In this document: positions 12,935 through 26,000 of the stretch, piece by piece
Position numbering within the stretch: the first letter of the stretch is position 1
Layout of the letters: each line of letters begins with the position of its first letter
From: Octopus bimaculoides
Taxonomy: Eukaryota
Assembly (NCBI RefSeq): GCF_001194135.2
Contig: NC_068981.1
Span: forward strand, 39,221,806-39,273,217
DNA length: 51,412 nt
Direction: 5' to 3'
Position numbers and translations under genes: made by a program
The notes under the pieces: model-generated
What the model was told of the DNA's origin: nothing
The model's input: only the letters and a program-made list of their open reading frames with translations
Databases searched by the model: none

Positions 12935-13230
12935 CATTTATCTTTTACTTGTTTCAGTCATGTGGTCATGCCTTGAAGAATTTTAGTCAAACAATTTCAC
13001 CCCAGTATTTTATTTTTCTAAGCCTGGTACTTATTCTATCAGTCTCTTTTGCTGAACCACTAAGTTACAGGGATGTAAATACACACATATCTATATATAC
13101 AAGGGGTTTCTCAGGCTTTGGTTGGCCCAAGATTGTAGCAGAAGACACCGGCCTAAGGTACCACACAATGGAACTGGATCTGGAACTATGTGAATAGCAA
13201 CCAAACTTCTTACCACATAATCATGCCGGC
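12935..13230 (-). mobile_element. Near full-length CORE-family SINE
   Basis: Reverse complement of the 50121-50497 family (cttttacttgtttcagtca...gtacttattctatc...agaagacac...ccacataatcatgcc). Confidence 0.8.
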
Positions 13231-14154
13231 AACTTACATTTTATGACAAAATGGAAAATCACGTTGTACATTTGGATGTTATGTCTAACAGGTTTAGTGA
13301 GGAATTGGTAGCTGCTCCTTAGATATACTGAATAGTGAGATTAGTGGTATAGATGTACAGTGCTTCAAGATAACTGAATTATTTCCAGATTAGGCAGATT
13401 GGGATATTTGCTTTTATTGATGTAGCATGCAAATTCCTATTTCTTAATAATCTGTTTATGAAATGTAGAGGAGATTAAAGTAAAATAAAAGACTGGATTC
13501 TTCCCTATGTCTTTTTCAGTTTCAGTGGTCCACTGCAAATTTCATTCCCTCATGCCTTCTCTTTTCTTTGCTTTTATTCGGTGTCAGTACATTGTTTTAA
13601 TCCCATAACAAATACATATATTAGATCTACAGTATATATTTAATTTCCTTAAATCATTAACTTTATTCTCAATATCTGCCACTGTAAATTATTTTTGATA
13701 AGTTGTATGCAGTAAATTGAGTTCTCAGAAAAATACACAGCAATTTCATTCCTCCCTCTCCTTTTTTACTTCAGTTTTAATCCTGTTAGGTTCTTCAAAA
13801 ACAAAAGTTTGAATAAGAATTCTTACATAGTTTAGATTTGTTGGTCTGAAAATGTGATTATTTTACTTCTTTTCAAAACCAAATTCAATAAAATAAAAAT
13901 ATAGCTTTAAAATAATCCAAACAAGAGGTAAAACTTAATGATTCTTCAGAACATACATGTTGGATTTATTTTATGTTCTATATGCTGGAATATTTCCTAA
14001 CTTTCAAATTCAACAAATTTCATAGCCAACAAAGCTCTTTTCATTTCTTTCATCCATTTAATGATGGCTTCTGACACTCAGTTTGATATGTTCCTGTTTG
14101 ATGACGATAATGCCAGTGTGTGAAGATTACTATAATGTTTGAGTCATTTTACAG

Positions 14155-14229
14155 AAGCAGCTCTTATCTCTTGTCTGTGGTGCTAATACTGAAGGCATCC
14201 TTTTAAGGAAATTACTCTTCAACTGTCCT
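14155..14229 (+). CDS. Candidate exon (phase 0-0) KQLLSLVCGANTEGILLRKLLFNCP
   Basis: Acceptor gtcattttacag|, donor CCT|gtgagt, 75 nt, only one frame open. No homolog recognised. Confidence 0.3.
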
Positions 14230-14774
14230 GTGAGTTTTAATGTCATGGCAATGTTAGTGTCATTAATGCAATAAAATATTTTTATGGAAATTTTAGTTCC
14301 ACTTCACACAAATTGACATAAAACAAATAATTGAAGTTATTCACTACATTATAAACTTGGGCATATTAACACCTGATAATTATAACATAACATCAAAGTT
14401 GGCATTTTTTGCTAAAAATCTTTGCATTCCTTCATATATTTGGAAGCACACAACCCTTCTGATGAATTTTGAAAAAATATATGTTTCACCAAGTCATGAC
14501 AGAATCTCAATTTTAAGTAATATTTTTCCTTCTTTGTATAAATTTTATTTTATTTCTGGTGTTTTTCTTAAATAGTTTTAGTTCCCCTTTTTTGGTTTCT
14601 CCCCAACATCAGCTTAAACTTTGGCCAAGTTTTAATAAAATCTCTCAATCTTTCTTTATCAGACAGAAAAACACAATGTATTCTGAAAGTAATAAAATAA
14701 AGCTACATTTTCACATAGCTGTCTCTGACTTCCAACAGAGTTCCCAGAATTAAATCTTGATATTTTCTTCACAG

Positions 14775-14810
14775 AGATGGCTAAAAGCAATTGCTATCTG
14801 TTAATACCAT
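14775..14810 (+). CDS. Candidate 36-nt exon (phase 1-1) (E)MAKSNCYLLIP
   Basis: Strong acceptor tattttcttcacag| and consensus donor |gtaagt. Confidence 0.35.
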
Positions 14811-15137
14811 GTAAGTAACTTCTTCAGAATAAGTAAAATTCTATTTTTGGTTAAAGCTGTGCTTCTAGGAATCATGTATTATACTGATTATAGTGTCTTT
14901 TTATGGCTAGGATTTAGTAGCAGCTTTTTGATTTATCAATCCATAGAAAGAATTTAATGGAGTTTCTTACGATATAGTAGAGTAGGCAATATGTAAATTA
15001 GGACAGAAAGCTAGTTCATATATTTATTTATGGAAAATATGAACAGTCAAGACAGGATTATTAAATATGAAGTGAGAAGTTTCAGACAAAAGTGACCACT
15101 CAAGTCTATAATGCATTGCTTCTTTTTTCTTTTACAG

Positions 15138-15211
15138 TTTTACATCTATTTTCTTTGAGTGGAATGGTTTCTGAAAATTTGGCTAGTATTGAGGCAACTG
15201 GATACACTTGA
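15138..15211 (+). CDS. Candidate terminal exon (phase 1) LHLFSLSGMVSENLASIEATGYT*
   Basis: Very strong acceptor tcttttttcttttacag|; the longest open frame matches the phase of 14775-14810. Confidence 0.25.
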
Positions 15212-17234
15212 TTTTGGCAACCACCATTTAACCATGAAACAAAATACAAACTAGTTATCTAGACAGACTGTACATTTTATATCTAAGATTCTAATACACT
15301 AGCTGAAGCAAGATCTAACCCTAATAGTCCAGCATTATTTCAGTCATTTCAGTCTATCATTATTCTTTATAACAATTTAGAGTTTCAGAATTTTATCCAT
15401 TTTGGTTATAAAATCAGAGATAATTCTGGTACTTATGAACCTGATAGGAATCTACAAACCCATGAAAAAAAAATGAAATTTACTTGAAGGTATTCAAAAT
15501 GACTGTCTAGAGATTCTGCTGCCATGTCATTTAGTGTTTAACAAAATATTGTTGTGTTCACATCTCATCCTTTACATTCTGATATTTATATCAACACAAA
15601 GGTCAAGCAGCTTATTGAACTAATTGCTACCTTAAATACACCTAACACATGCAACCATACAATAAGCATAAAACAATATCAACATATCAATGACATATTT
15701 ATAATGGACAGTATTTACTATATACTATATTCACAGTACACAGTATCTACAATATTCTTAGTAGTTTAGAACTTTATATTATCACTGACATATCTACATT
15801 ACCCTGAAATGTAAGTGCTTTGTATTCCAGATTGCCAAGTACTCTTCCTAAGGAATACCCCACTGCAAATTTGATCCTGTTGTTCCATTTGTTATTTTAT
15901 GACACTATCACAGGTGCTTCTCATAGCAGAAGTACCACTATCATCACTAGTGTTAGCCTTTGAATGTTTCATGTGGTTCACGTTTTGAATTGATCTTGGT
16001 CTTCAAGAGCAAAAATACTAATCCTATCTTTGCAATAATAGCATTGTTGCTTCCAGCTCCCATTACAAAATTTGTCACTGCTGTGGTTAAATCATTGTGC
16101 TTTTTATATTACATCTGCTGATCTGTGGAATAGGACACAGTCAAGAGTTCATAAATCTTATATTTCAATAAAGTAGAAGACATTTTTAACCTGTCCATAT
16201 GAGGAATTATACAATAATTGAGTAAGAGACTTGGTAAATGGGACTCAAAATTTTCTCTATAGGAAATAAACACTATTAATCGTATTTAAATCGTTTGAAC
16301 CATCTGCTCAGCAATTCCATTAGGTTGCAACTGATACAGCAGTGTTTTGTATGAAATTCAGACAATTACTGTAGCCAAGAGCTGAGATTATTGTCATAGA
16401 ATTCGAGTATGTTGATCAAAAATAAAACTCTGCATATACCATTCTATGAAAAAACTATTCATAACTCTTGAATTATGGCTGAGCTCTTCCTATCAAGAAT
16501 CTAAATACCCTCTGACCACCCTGTACAAGAATATATTGGGAAAAGCACCAATTTGATATGATTAACATGGATACAATCCTTATATACATAAATTTATGGA
16601 CCTAACTCCTTGAGTCAGGAATGAAACCTAATGTTTTGAAAATTCTTTATCTTTACACATTCAGGACACCTGTGTATGTTATGTTTGACATCATGCGAAT
16701 AGCCAGGTTACAAGCTTCGAGTGATTCCATTATGGCATTACTACCATGTGCTGCTATGCTGCAATGGATATCAAATATGATAAGCACTTTTCATAATTTG
16801 TTCTCTAGATATTTCTGGTGGAACAATAGGATCATAATTGCAAGGATACTGTTTACCAAAGCTAATCAATGCTTGTAGGATCTTTTAGCATTGGATCAGT
16901 TATTCTAGACAATCTTTTTTAACTTTTTACAATTGAAAGAATTTCATACAGTATCAGATTGCACAGTGTTTCAGATACTAGTCAATTTAGATGCAACATG
17001 TCACTTTCTATGCAATAAATGAATTTATCATCACCGTTTAAACAAATGTTCTTCGGTTGTGATCCAAAATGTGACCATGAGAGTGTGTTAATGTAAGGTA
17101 TAGTATCTCCTTTAATATGTCAGTAACAAAATCAAATACTATATCATTCGGCCTATATCAGCGTCCTTGAAACCTCTTATAATCCGCAGAATTTCTAAAA
17201 CCTCTTTCTTTCTTTTCCCTTATTCTCTTTTTCC

Positions 17235-17237
17235 CTC

Positions 17238-17268
<31 letters not shown>

Positions 17269-17280
17269 ACTTCTTCCTCT
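17235..17280. repeat. (CT)n microsatellite
   Basis: Visible run. Confidence 0.95.
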
Positions 17281-17324
17281 CTGTTGATAGCTAAATAATT
17301 AAGCACAGAGGAAGTTAACATCTT

Positions 17325-17495
17325 GCATCGAGTATAGTGAAGAATTCCAAGTAGAAGTAGGGGTCCACCAAGGATCAGTCCTCAGCCCCCTTCTTACTCA
17401 TCATAGTCCTCCAGGCAATAACAGAGGAATTGAAGACAAGATGATCATGGGAGCTTCTCTATGCTGATGACCTTGATCTAATAGCTGAGTTAATA
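17325..17495 (+). mobile_element. RTE-clade LINE reverse transcriptase fragment
   Basis: EFQVEVGVHQGSVLSPLL(fs)IIVLQAITEELKTR*SWELLYADDLDLIAE, containing the QG..LSP and YADD motifs. Confidence 0.92.
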
Positions 17496-18959
17496 CCAGA
17501 TTCACGCAGTTTGGGTTGACTAGTGTGTATCCAGAAGTTTCTTGGGATTATGCTCATCTTGCTACTAGAACTGATTTGCATATTTAAATTGATATTGTTC
17601 AGTTTAACTTAAAGTAAGATACTTTTTTGCCTTGTTATATAAATACATTCGTTGCCGTTTTAGAGTATTTATCCACAATTGTTTTAACATGTTCTACCCT
17701 ATTTTTATATATGTTTACAAATTGCTGAAAAATTATTATTTCTGTTCCATAATTTGCATTTAATCTCAAATACTGCACATTTCCCATAAACATATTGCAT
17801 GTTCATAACCACAGAATTTGCACCAAGAAAATTTCTTGATTTTCAAGCAAGTGATAAATATCAGAAACTCTTGGCTTTTCTTCATGAGAAATGTTAGCTC
17901 TTCTAAAACCTAATATAATTTTTTTGTTGTATGAAATTCACACAAGTACTATGTAACATATCTCCCAACTGTAACTCTTAAATCTGCAGGATGTGTGATT
18001 TCTACTCTGAATGAGTTTCATCTGTATCAATTCCCCTTCAATTGGTTACCTTGACCAAACTTATTAAATTCAGACTCACAAGTAGATTCATCAAGATGTT
18101 TATAGGTTTAAAGGATTCCTAATGCAGATACATAAATCTGGTTTGTTCTTCAATAACTTGGCTTCATTTAGGATTTCATATTATATGTTTTCATTTCTCA
18201 TATTTCACTGAAATATTCTTCATATGGGAAATTTTCAATAAAGCTTTAATTCTAGCCCTTCATAAAAAATGATTCTGTTTCTTATGAACCACTATAGTTA
18301 TCATCATTATCTCTCCTTCTCCATCAACATTTTTCCAGCGGTGGGTGTGTAACATCATAGTCATACTTCAGCATGAGCTATTGTTATGTTCACACATGAA
18401 TATGATCCTTTATATTCTGAAAACTCAATTGTAACTTAAACATTAACTTGATTTTGAAAAAAGGCAAAACACAGACTTTAAGAAACTTTTAAGTATAAGA
18501 AATATATACTAATCCCCAGTAATGTAATCATATGTGAAATATATGCTAAAATCTAGACTGTACAAAAATGGTTTGTTGCTATTTCTGTAGTAGGGTTAAT
18601 GACTGTAAAAAGTGCATTGTTGTTTACGTGTTAGGAATACAGGTAAATTTTAGACCAGCACAAGCATATTCATAACATTTGAGGCACAACAGATATTCAA
18701 GTATAATACCTGCTATGTTGTCATAATTTTATCGATTTGTTATGAACGTTTTTTAACTTTTAATGTGCTTTTTGCAAATCCTTTAATTATGCATACAACT
18801 TTAGCAGAAACAAATTAACTTAAAACACTTTATTATAAAGAGTAAAAGCAATAACTGGAGATTGTTTTCTTAAAGAATATTATTCGTTACAGTGTTTTTA
18901 AACATTTAGGTGAATTATGACTGTAAGCAATACTCAGTATGTAAAGGATTCTTTAGTTA

Positions 18960-19180
18960 GAATCTATATCTTTTATCTCTTATTTGTTTCAGTCAATAGA
19001 CTACAGCCATGCTGGCACCACTTTGAAAGGTTTTAGTTGAGCAAATCAATCTCAGTACTTTTTTTTTATAGTCTGCTATTTCCTTTGTTATTCTCTACTG
19101 CTGAACTGCTTAGTTACAGGTTTTCAAGCAAATCAGCACTGGTTGTCGAGTGGTATGGATATAGACATGCAAAAATACAA
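18960..19180 (-). mobile_element. SINE 3' portion (CORE family tail)
   Basis: tcttatttgtttcagtcaatagactacagccatgctggcacc...gaactgcttagttac, the reverse of the 50340-50497 tail. Confidence 0.7.
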
Positions 19181-19489
19181 AGATGCACACAAATATATAT
19201 CTATACATGTATGTACAACAGGCTTCTACATAGTTTTTATCAAACAAATTCACTCTCAGAGCATTTGTTGGGCCATGGCTATATTAGAAGACACTTGTCC
19301 AAGGTGCTGTACAGTTGGACAGAACCCAAAACCCTGTTCAATCCCATTTCAAAATTTCTATAAATTAAACAAAATCCAGATTAGATAAATAATTCAAATG
19401 AGCAAATGACACAGGTGAAGATAAACCAAATAGGCATTTGGATACTGAATGACAAGCACAAAAATATTTTTAAAGAATTGAAATTTTCC

Positions 19490-19790
19490 CTCTTAGTTGG
19501 AGAAAGAAAACAAAAGTCTTGCAGTAATTGTTAGTGACTCAAGCTGTAAAAACCATACCAAAACTGACCTCACCTCTTCTGGGGCCATGTAAAATGCACT
19601 CAGTCCACTCTGTGGGGGTGGTTGGTACTTAGGAAGGACATTCAGCTGTAAAAAACATGCCAAAACAGACACTGAAGCCTGGTGCAATCTTCTGCCTAGC
19701 CAGCTCCTGTCAAACCATCCAAATCAAGCCAATATGGAAGTGGACGTTAAATGATGAGGGGGAAGACGATGTTAAAGGCAATTTTATCTG
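19490..19790 (+). mobile_element. RTE LINE 3' tail or RTE-tail SINE
   Basis: ...ggttggtacttaggaaggacattcagctgtaaaaaac...tggaagtggacgttaaatgatga; same family as 21990-22155, and the reverse of 38285-38540. Confidence 0.8.
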
Positions 19791-20760
19791 TTCACTTCAC
19801 AGCATTTCTGCATTCCTTCATTTTTTGCGCCAAATTCTCAATATTTACAGAATGCTTAAAAGTTTTCAAGATACTTCAGTACCTCTGGTATGAGACAATT
19901 TTCAAAACTTAACCATGTATCCTTTTTCATATACAGGCTTTTACATAGGATACAGCATCCAGTTTCTACATATATATAATCAGTTAGCTGGATCATAAAC
20001 ATAATATTAACTACTTCTTTGTGCTATAACGTTCATTTAACTGTTTAAATATTACTGTCATTAATAAGGATTTTGAAGAATGAAAGGCAAACCACTGTGG
20101 TTTTCTTCAACCATAGAATAGAAAGGTGTTAATTTAATTTGATTGCTGTACAATATCCTGATATGTTATTATTGTACAATATAATAATATATGGAAATAG
20201 AATATTATATCATCGTCGTCGTCGTCGTCGTCATCGTTGTCATCATCATCATCTCATCGTCATTTAGCATACATATTTCCTGCTGGTACAGTTAGGATAA
20301 TTTGACAGAATCAAACTAGCAAGAGGACTGTGTTAGTTTCCAATGTCTGCTTTGGTAAGCGTTCTATGGTCAGATGCCCTTCCTGACATCAACCACATTA
20401 CAGAATGAACAGGGTGCTTCTTTTTGTGATGCCAGTGCTAGTCAGGTCACCAAGTTACTCACAAAACAAGATGCCTTGACAGATTTGGGTTTAAATGTTG
20501 AAGACGATGTCTTTGTACCAGATGTTGAGAGGCTAAATCATAGAAGTAGTATAGGAAAAGATGTCTTGCAGTGGAGTAAATACATGGCTAACTCGACAAG
20601 AAAAGGGAGAAAGATGGTGGAGATGAATCATCAGGGTATAGCCTCAAGATACAAGAGGATGGATAAAAAGAGGGATGGAGTATCGAGGATGGCTGGTTGG
20701 GTAGGTTCATGAGAGTGTGAAGAGAGAATGACAAGTGGTACTACAGATAAGGTTGGAAGC

Positions 20761-20975
20761 AAATGGAGTGAATAGGAACATGGATAAAGGCATGGGACAG
20801 TGGTGAATGGGAANNNNNNNNNNNNNNNNNNNNNNNNNNNNNNNNNNNNNNNNNNNNNNNNNNNNNNNNNNNNNNNNNNNNNNNNNNNAAATGGAGTGAA
20901 TAGGAACATGGATAAAGGCATGGGACAGTGGTGAATGGGAACATGGATAAAAGCATGAGTCAGTAGTGACAGTTT
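20761..20975. repeat. 35-bp minisatellite spanning an assembly gap (N 20814-20888)
   Basis: 53 identical nt on both sides of the gap; unit tgaataggaacatggataaaggcatgggacagtgg repeats with variation. Confidence 0.75.
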
Positions 20976-21460
20976 GGGGGAATGTAAGGAAAATAGAAGA
21001 AGGTCATGGGAAAGGAGATGATAGGTGGTGATACACAAAAAGTAGGTAGAAACAGAGAACAACAGTATAATATAACGATAGATACATGAGAAATAGGAAG
21101 ATAAAATGAAGTGTAGGAGGTAGGGAAGATGCACAGTGATGAAGATAGAGGTCAGAAACACAGAGATAGAACACAAAAAGGGATACCAATGGCAGATATG
21201 AGAGGATGTTTAGGGGAAAGGGGTGTTCAATGAACATATAGCAGTAAAGGATGACTTTAGGAATGCAGAACAAGTGGCCAAGAAATTGGTCCCAAGAAGA
21301 GGATTTTAGTGATAGCACAGAAAGTGAGTAGGAATATATGCAGATCTGCACTCATATATAGCTTCTGGAAATGGAAAACAGTGTTGTAGTTACAGAGGTA
21401 GGTGTTATGAAGATGTGTTGTTGGGAAGGCTTGACAGGTACAGATTGCCTGGCAGGGGTG

Positions 21461-21505
21461 CATTAATGATATACCTTTGGGACATTAATGATATACCCTT
21501 GGGAC
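21461..21505. repeat. 22-bp tandem duplication cattaatgatatacc(t/c)ttggga
   Basis: Two adjacent copies with one mismatch. Confidence 0.85.
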
Positions 21506-21734
21506 CTCATTTTTGCTCTGAGACATATGTATCTTCTGCAGCACAGTCAATCACCATTCATCTGCATCCTTTGTCATCTCCCCTGTGAGGCTCAACAACC
21601 CGAGGTCAGATTGCACTACTTCATTCCATATCTTTCTGAGTTTTCCTCCATGCATTCCATTCACATTTAGTGATTCTCATTTCTTTTTGCAGCTGTCTTC
21701 AGCTATATGCATCACATGACCCATATTTGCACAA

Positions 21735-22155
21735 TCCAAACATGGTCGATGCTAGTGCCCCCTGACGACTGTCTCCCATGCTGGTGGCACGTAAATTGCA
21801 CCATCCGAGCGTGGTTGATACCAGTGCCCTCTGACTTGCTTCCATGCGAGTGGCACATAAAAAGTACCATCCGAACATGGTTGATGCCAATTGTACCTGA
21901 CTGGCTCCCATGCTAGTGGCATGTAAAGAGAGCCATCCAAACGTGGTCGATGCCAGTGACCCCCTGACTGGCTCCCGTGTCAGTGATATGTAAAAAGCAC
22001 ACACTACACTCTCAGAGTGGCTGACATTAGGAAGGGCATCCAACTGTAGAAACATTGTCAGATCAGATTGGAGCCTGGTGCAGCTGCTGGCTTTCCAGAC
22101 CTCAGTCAAACCGTCAAACCCATGCTAGCATGGAAAACGGATGTTAAACGATGGT
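21735..22155 (+). mobile_element. RTE-tail element with four ~66-bp tandem units and a (GAT)n tail
   Basis: Units ccatccgaacgtggtcgatgccagtg..ctgactggctcccatgc..gtggcacgtaaaaagca (x4), then actacactctcagagtgg...gcatggaaaacggatgttaaacgatg(gat)n. Confidence 0.85.
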
Positions 22156-22754
22156 GATGATGATGATGATGATGTATACAACAAAATATATTGTAAATCA
22201 AGATTTGCTTTGATTTTGGCTGTGAGACCTTAAAAAATAGCTAAATGGATTATTACACTTTTTTGAATTGCATTTAAACAATGACATTCAAGTTCTCATG
22301 ATTTGGTTTTCTTGAACCAATACAAGTTGCTGATATTCGTACCTTTGCCTTTTAATCTTTTACCTTTGTTCATTAGCTTCAGATCAATTCTAGTGAAACA
22401 AGGTAAGATTTGATTACCATATGAAGTGAGCAATCCAACATTTCAAACATTTGTCCTTTGGAGAGTGAAAATATAGGGGTGAACATGGTACAATGGTCAC
22501 TAAAAAGCAATGAAAATGTAGCAGCTACCATATTGGCCTCTGTATATTTCTCTCTAAAGGAGGACACGTGTCTGAACACTGGTCTATCACTTGTCACAGA
22601 AAATCAATCCACTCCATTGTTTTATTATTTCAAATATGCAACAAAAATTACTCTTCTGTATCAATTCTAATCATTGACCAATTGAATAAAAAGTAAAAAA
22701 AAATGAAGTTAGCATAGCTTTAGGTGACAATGAATATCAAATGTGAGATTTTTA

Positions 22755-23080
22755 TGCAGACAGCATTTCTACATGATAGTGAGACATGGGCCCTGAATGC
22801 AGAGGACATGTGAAGGTTAGAAAGGTAGGAGGCTAGTATGTTCTACTGGATGTGTAATGTAGTGTACATGTTTGACAGTGTGACAGTGCTCTGAGAGTGA
22901 AGTTAGGCTTTGGTTGTGTGCAAGAGAGAAGACTGTTCATTTGGTCATGTAATGCAGATGGATGCTAACAGCTCCATAAAGAAATACTGATCTCTCAAAG
23001 TGGATGGAACATGTAAAAGTGGGAAACCCAAGAAGACATGGAATAATGGTACTGAAGAACAACCTCAAGAAGTGCATCTC
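22755..23080 (+). mobile_element. RTE LINE C-terminal fragment
   Basis: TAFLHDSETWALNAEDM*RLER*EASMFYWMCNV...FGHVMQMD...SGKPKKTWNN. Confidence 0.85.
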
Positions 23081-26000
23081 AGTAACTATTCTGTAGTTTG
23101 TGGTTCCATATCACTCTGACACAAGATATCATTGGAGGAGCTGTATTTCTATTTTTTGGCAGTTACTTGGACTCTGCAAATGCTAGTCCTCAATTCATTA
23201 ACGTATTTCTATTTTACCCAGTTTGGATCTACACCAGTCAGTTTCTGTTCAATTTTCATCATTTCCATTGATATAGAGGCTGAAATTGTCATTGTATCAC
23301 TTTCTCAATAACTTTATTGTAACTTAATTTGTTCTGGTGGTAGATGTAAAGAGTGTGATTCATTAAAGGAAGCTTTCCCTTGACTTCTTGCAATTCTGGT
23401 ATGATGTTTAGCAAAGCAATGTATACCATGCATCTATGTGTTACTGTTACTAATGTTCTTTTATACTGGTTGCACTATATTGAAATAAAAATGGGAATAG
23501 TCATGGTTGAAATGTCTTCACTCATAGATCTGTTTGGTAAAGGCTGATTTCAATAACAAAGTAAATTTCTTTGAAGTTCATTGTAAATCATGAAAATCAT
23601 GAAAATTGGTCAGTGTCTTTTTACTGAAACATAATTATAAACAAAATGTCTTGCCAAAATGTTTTACTTCTTTTATTTTTCCACAATCTGTATTAAGTAA
23701 TATTCTAATGCCTTTGAGTGATAGGGCTTACAATAACATTATGTTACATTCAATCAAATCTATTCTAAAGTTATTTTATTGTTTTTATTAGAAGCTTTTC
23801 ATAAATCATTCATAATGTCATTCAAGAGAGCATAAATTGGGAAATTTATTGCAAACATGACTTATACACAAAGAAATAAAGGCTTGCTATGCTCTTGGTG
23901 TAAGACTAAATCCTTCATTTATTTATTTAACACAAGAATAGCTCTGAAGATAGTATTTTATTTCTGTTCAGCACTTAAAGGTTAAGAGTTAAGGAATACT
24001 ATTTTGGAAGGAAAGATTTCTCTAGAGGAAAACTTGTTTTATTTCAAGTTTAACTCAAAAGAAATATTTTTATGAAGTATATTTTTTTATCAAGAAGAAA
24101 GTCATGATTAATCTAAGTTTTATTTTGCTGGGAACCTTTAAAACAATTAATAAAAATCCTTTGATCTAACAAATATCTTATTTGTGATATATAACTTTCT
24201 TTTCTTCCTTAATCTGTAATTTGGTTTTAAGCTTAGTCATTTCTCTATGTTATCTGAAAATAAAGAAAAATACATAAATATATTGAAGGAATAAAATAAA
24301 ATGGTAATTTATTGATCAATTGTTTTGTTTCTACTTTGGTGCTACAGTGTAATTTAAGATGCAGAGACATAAAAAGATGTATTCAAATTTATAAACTAGA
24401 ACAAATTTAATAACAGTAAAAACGCTTGGAATATTTTCTACTTTGTTTATTTTAAAATTAGCTTTAATTATATTTGGTCTGGCACCTATTTACTAGGCTC
24501 AGTATTCTTTCCTCGGCTATATTTCATTTTACTGCTCCTAACATATGGAAAGGGATTCAATGTTAGTTGAAGTTATGGCATACTAGCCAACTTATTTTTA
24601 ATATTTTTAGGTGGGATGAAATATGCATAATCTTTGCAGTTCTTTCAGACTGGGAAAGTCAATGAATTCAATGTTCTGCGAGAGTGAACAAGTTCCAGGT
24701 AATTCATTTTAAAAGACAAAGAATTGGATAAGTATTTACATTTGAATTTTGTAGAATGAGATATGGTAAAGATGAAAGACGAGGGAGAACAATGCTTTGA
24801 GAACATTTGGATTTTGGAATATCAGATTTGATAGTAGTGATAATGGAAACACAGGCAGAGAATACAGCATATTAATGAGTGAATTTGCCTATTAGTTGGA
24901 CTACTTTTTCTTTAATATTAACAATTAAAAAAAAAAAATAGCACTCTTGCTTAGGTACATGTTCATATCTTCACTCTAACAACCATAGATGCATTATTGA
25001 TGGGTGACATTAAATTCAAACTATTCCCTGGAACTTGGCAATGCAAAACAAGTCAAAATATAGTATTTAGTAAGATCCCTGTATTCAGAAATGGAAGCCA
25101 AACTTATCTTGAGTCTCTACTAGAGAATAAAATTTGCTGAGGTCCATTTAATTCAACAAAGTATTATAGATTGATTTATCATTATATATAATTGAACAAT
25201 TTAGACAAAGCAGGAAAAAATTTAAGCAAAAATATAGTCTGAATAGCCATGTGTCTAAAGAATTTAGAAAGACATTGATTTCTATGTTCTAATTATAATT
25301 TTATTAATCTTAAAAGTTTTCTTATAGTTGTAACTGTTTTCCCTTCATTGTAAACTGAAGCGTTATTCCCAACATCATATTGATGTGGGATATATTCATG
25401 ATCAGTCTTTGAAGTTTTACACTAACAATCTAACAACAAGCAATCAATAATCATATTCATGATGGAATATATCTATAGTCAGTATAGCAGTAAATTCATT
25501 ATACCAAATTCATTTCATTAGCTATTTCTATATTATTCAATTTCAATCAATGATATCCAATGAATTTTCATTTTTCTGCATCACAATGGTAACCAATTGT
25601 TTCTTGAATACAGGCAGAATTCATTAATTTCCAATTTCTTCATAAACTATTTAGAGTTTACAATAAACAATACAAAAGGCATACTGAGTATATATTGTTT
25701 GAAATTACAACTAAATATAGTTGGGCTTTAGATATGCTGAAACTATAATACATTATATATTTAGATAGTTTTGTTCATAGAAACTGACATACGTCAACAT
25801 AATTGATTTTTGAGAAAGACATGAATTTTTAGATTTACAGGGGCAAAAATGAAATAGATTGATGCTCATAACTTTCTTAAAGGTATTTGAGAATAAAGTG
25901 AAATGACTGCAACAGAAAATGAAAACCATGTTGTGAATTCAAATTGTCAGAAACTTGCCATAATTATATGTTTACACAATCAACTCCATTTAATATCACT

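Larger units (their letters stand above)
15900..18330 (-). mobile_element. Decayed Gypsy-type LTR retrotransposon (gag zinc knuckles, RNase H end, integrase); PR/RT missing, LTRs not found; outer limits approximate
   Basis: Minus strand: CKFCGYEH...CAVFEIKCKLWNRNNNFSAICK (~17860-17710); FDF..IKGDTIPYINTLS (~17130-17070); PGYSHDVKHNIHRCPEC, TGWSEGI..DRKSSAIIQEL and LQPNGIAEQMVQTI (~16830-16280). Confidence 0.8.
20210..21740 (-). mobile_element. 5'-truncated RTE LINE: ORF C-terminus, ~1.3 kb 3'UTR and (CAT)n tail
   Basis: Minus 21735-21520 reads, with a frameshift, GHVMHIAEDSCKKK*ESLNVNGMHGGKLRKIWNEVVQSDLGLLSLTGEMTKDADEW; the tail motif at 20210-20420 matches 38965-39160. Assigning the intervening purine-rich tract to the 3'UTR is an inference. 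Confidence 0.7.

Noticed and set aside
20761-20941. Exact 53-nt direct repeat across the N gap
   Set aside because: Most likely a collapsed or overlapping contig end in a 35-bp minisatellite, not a biological duplication.
21735-22000. Regularly spaced repeats resembling a CRISPR array
   Set aside because: Contiguous diverged tandem units without unique spacers, inside a eukaryotic retroelement; no cas genes.
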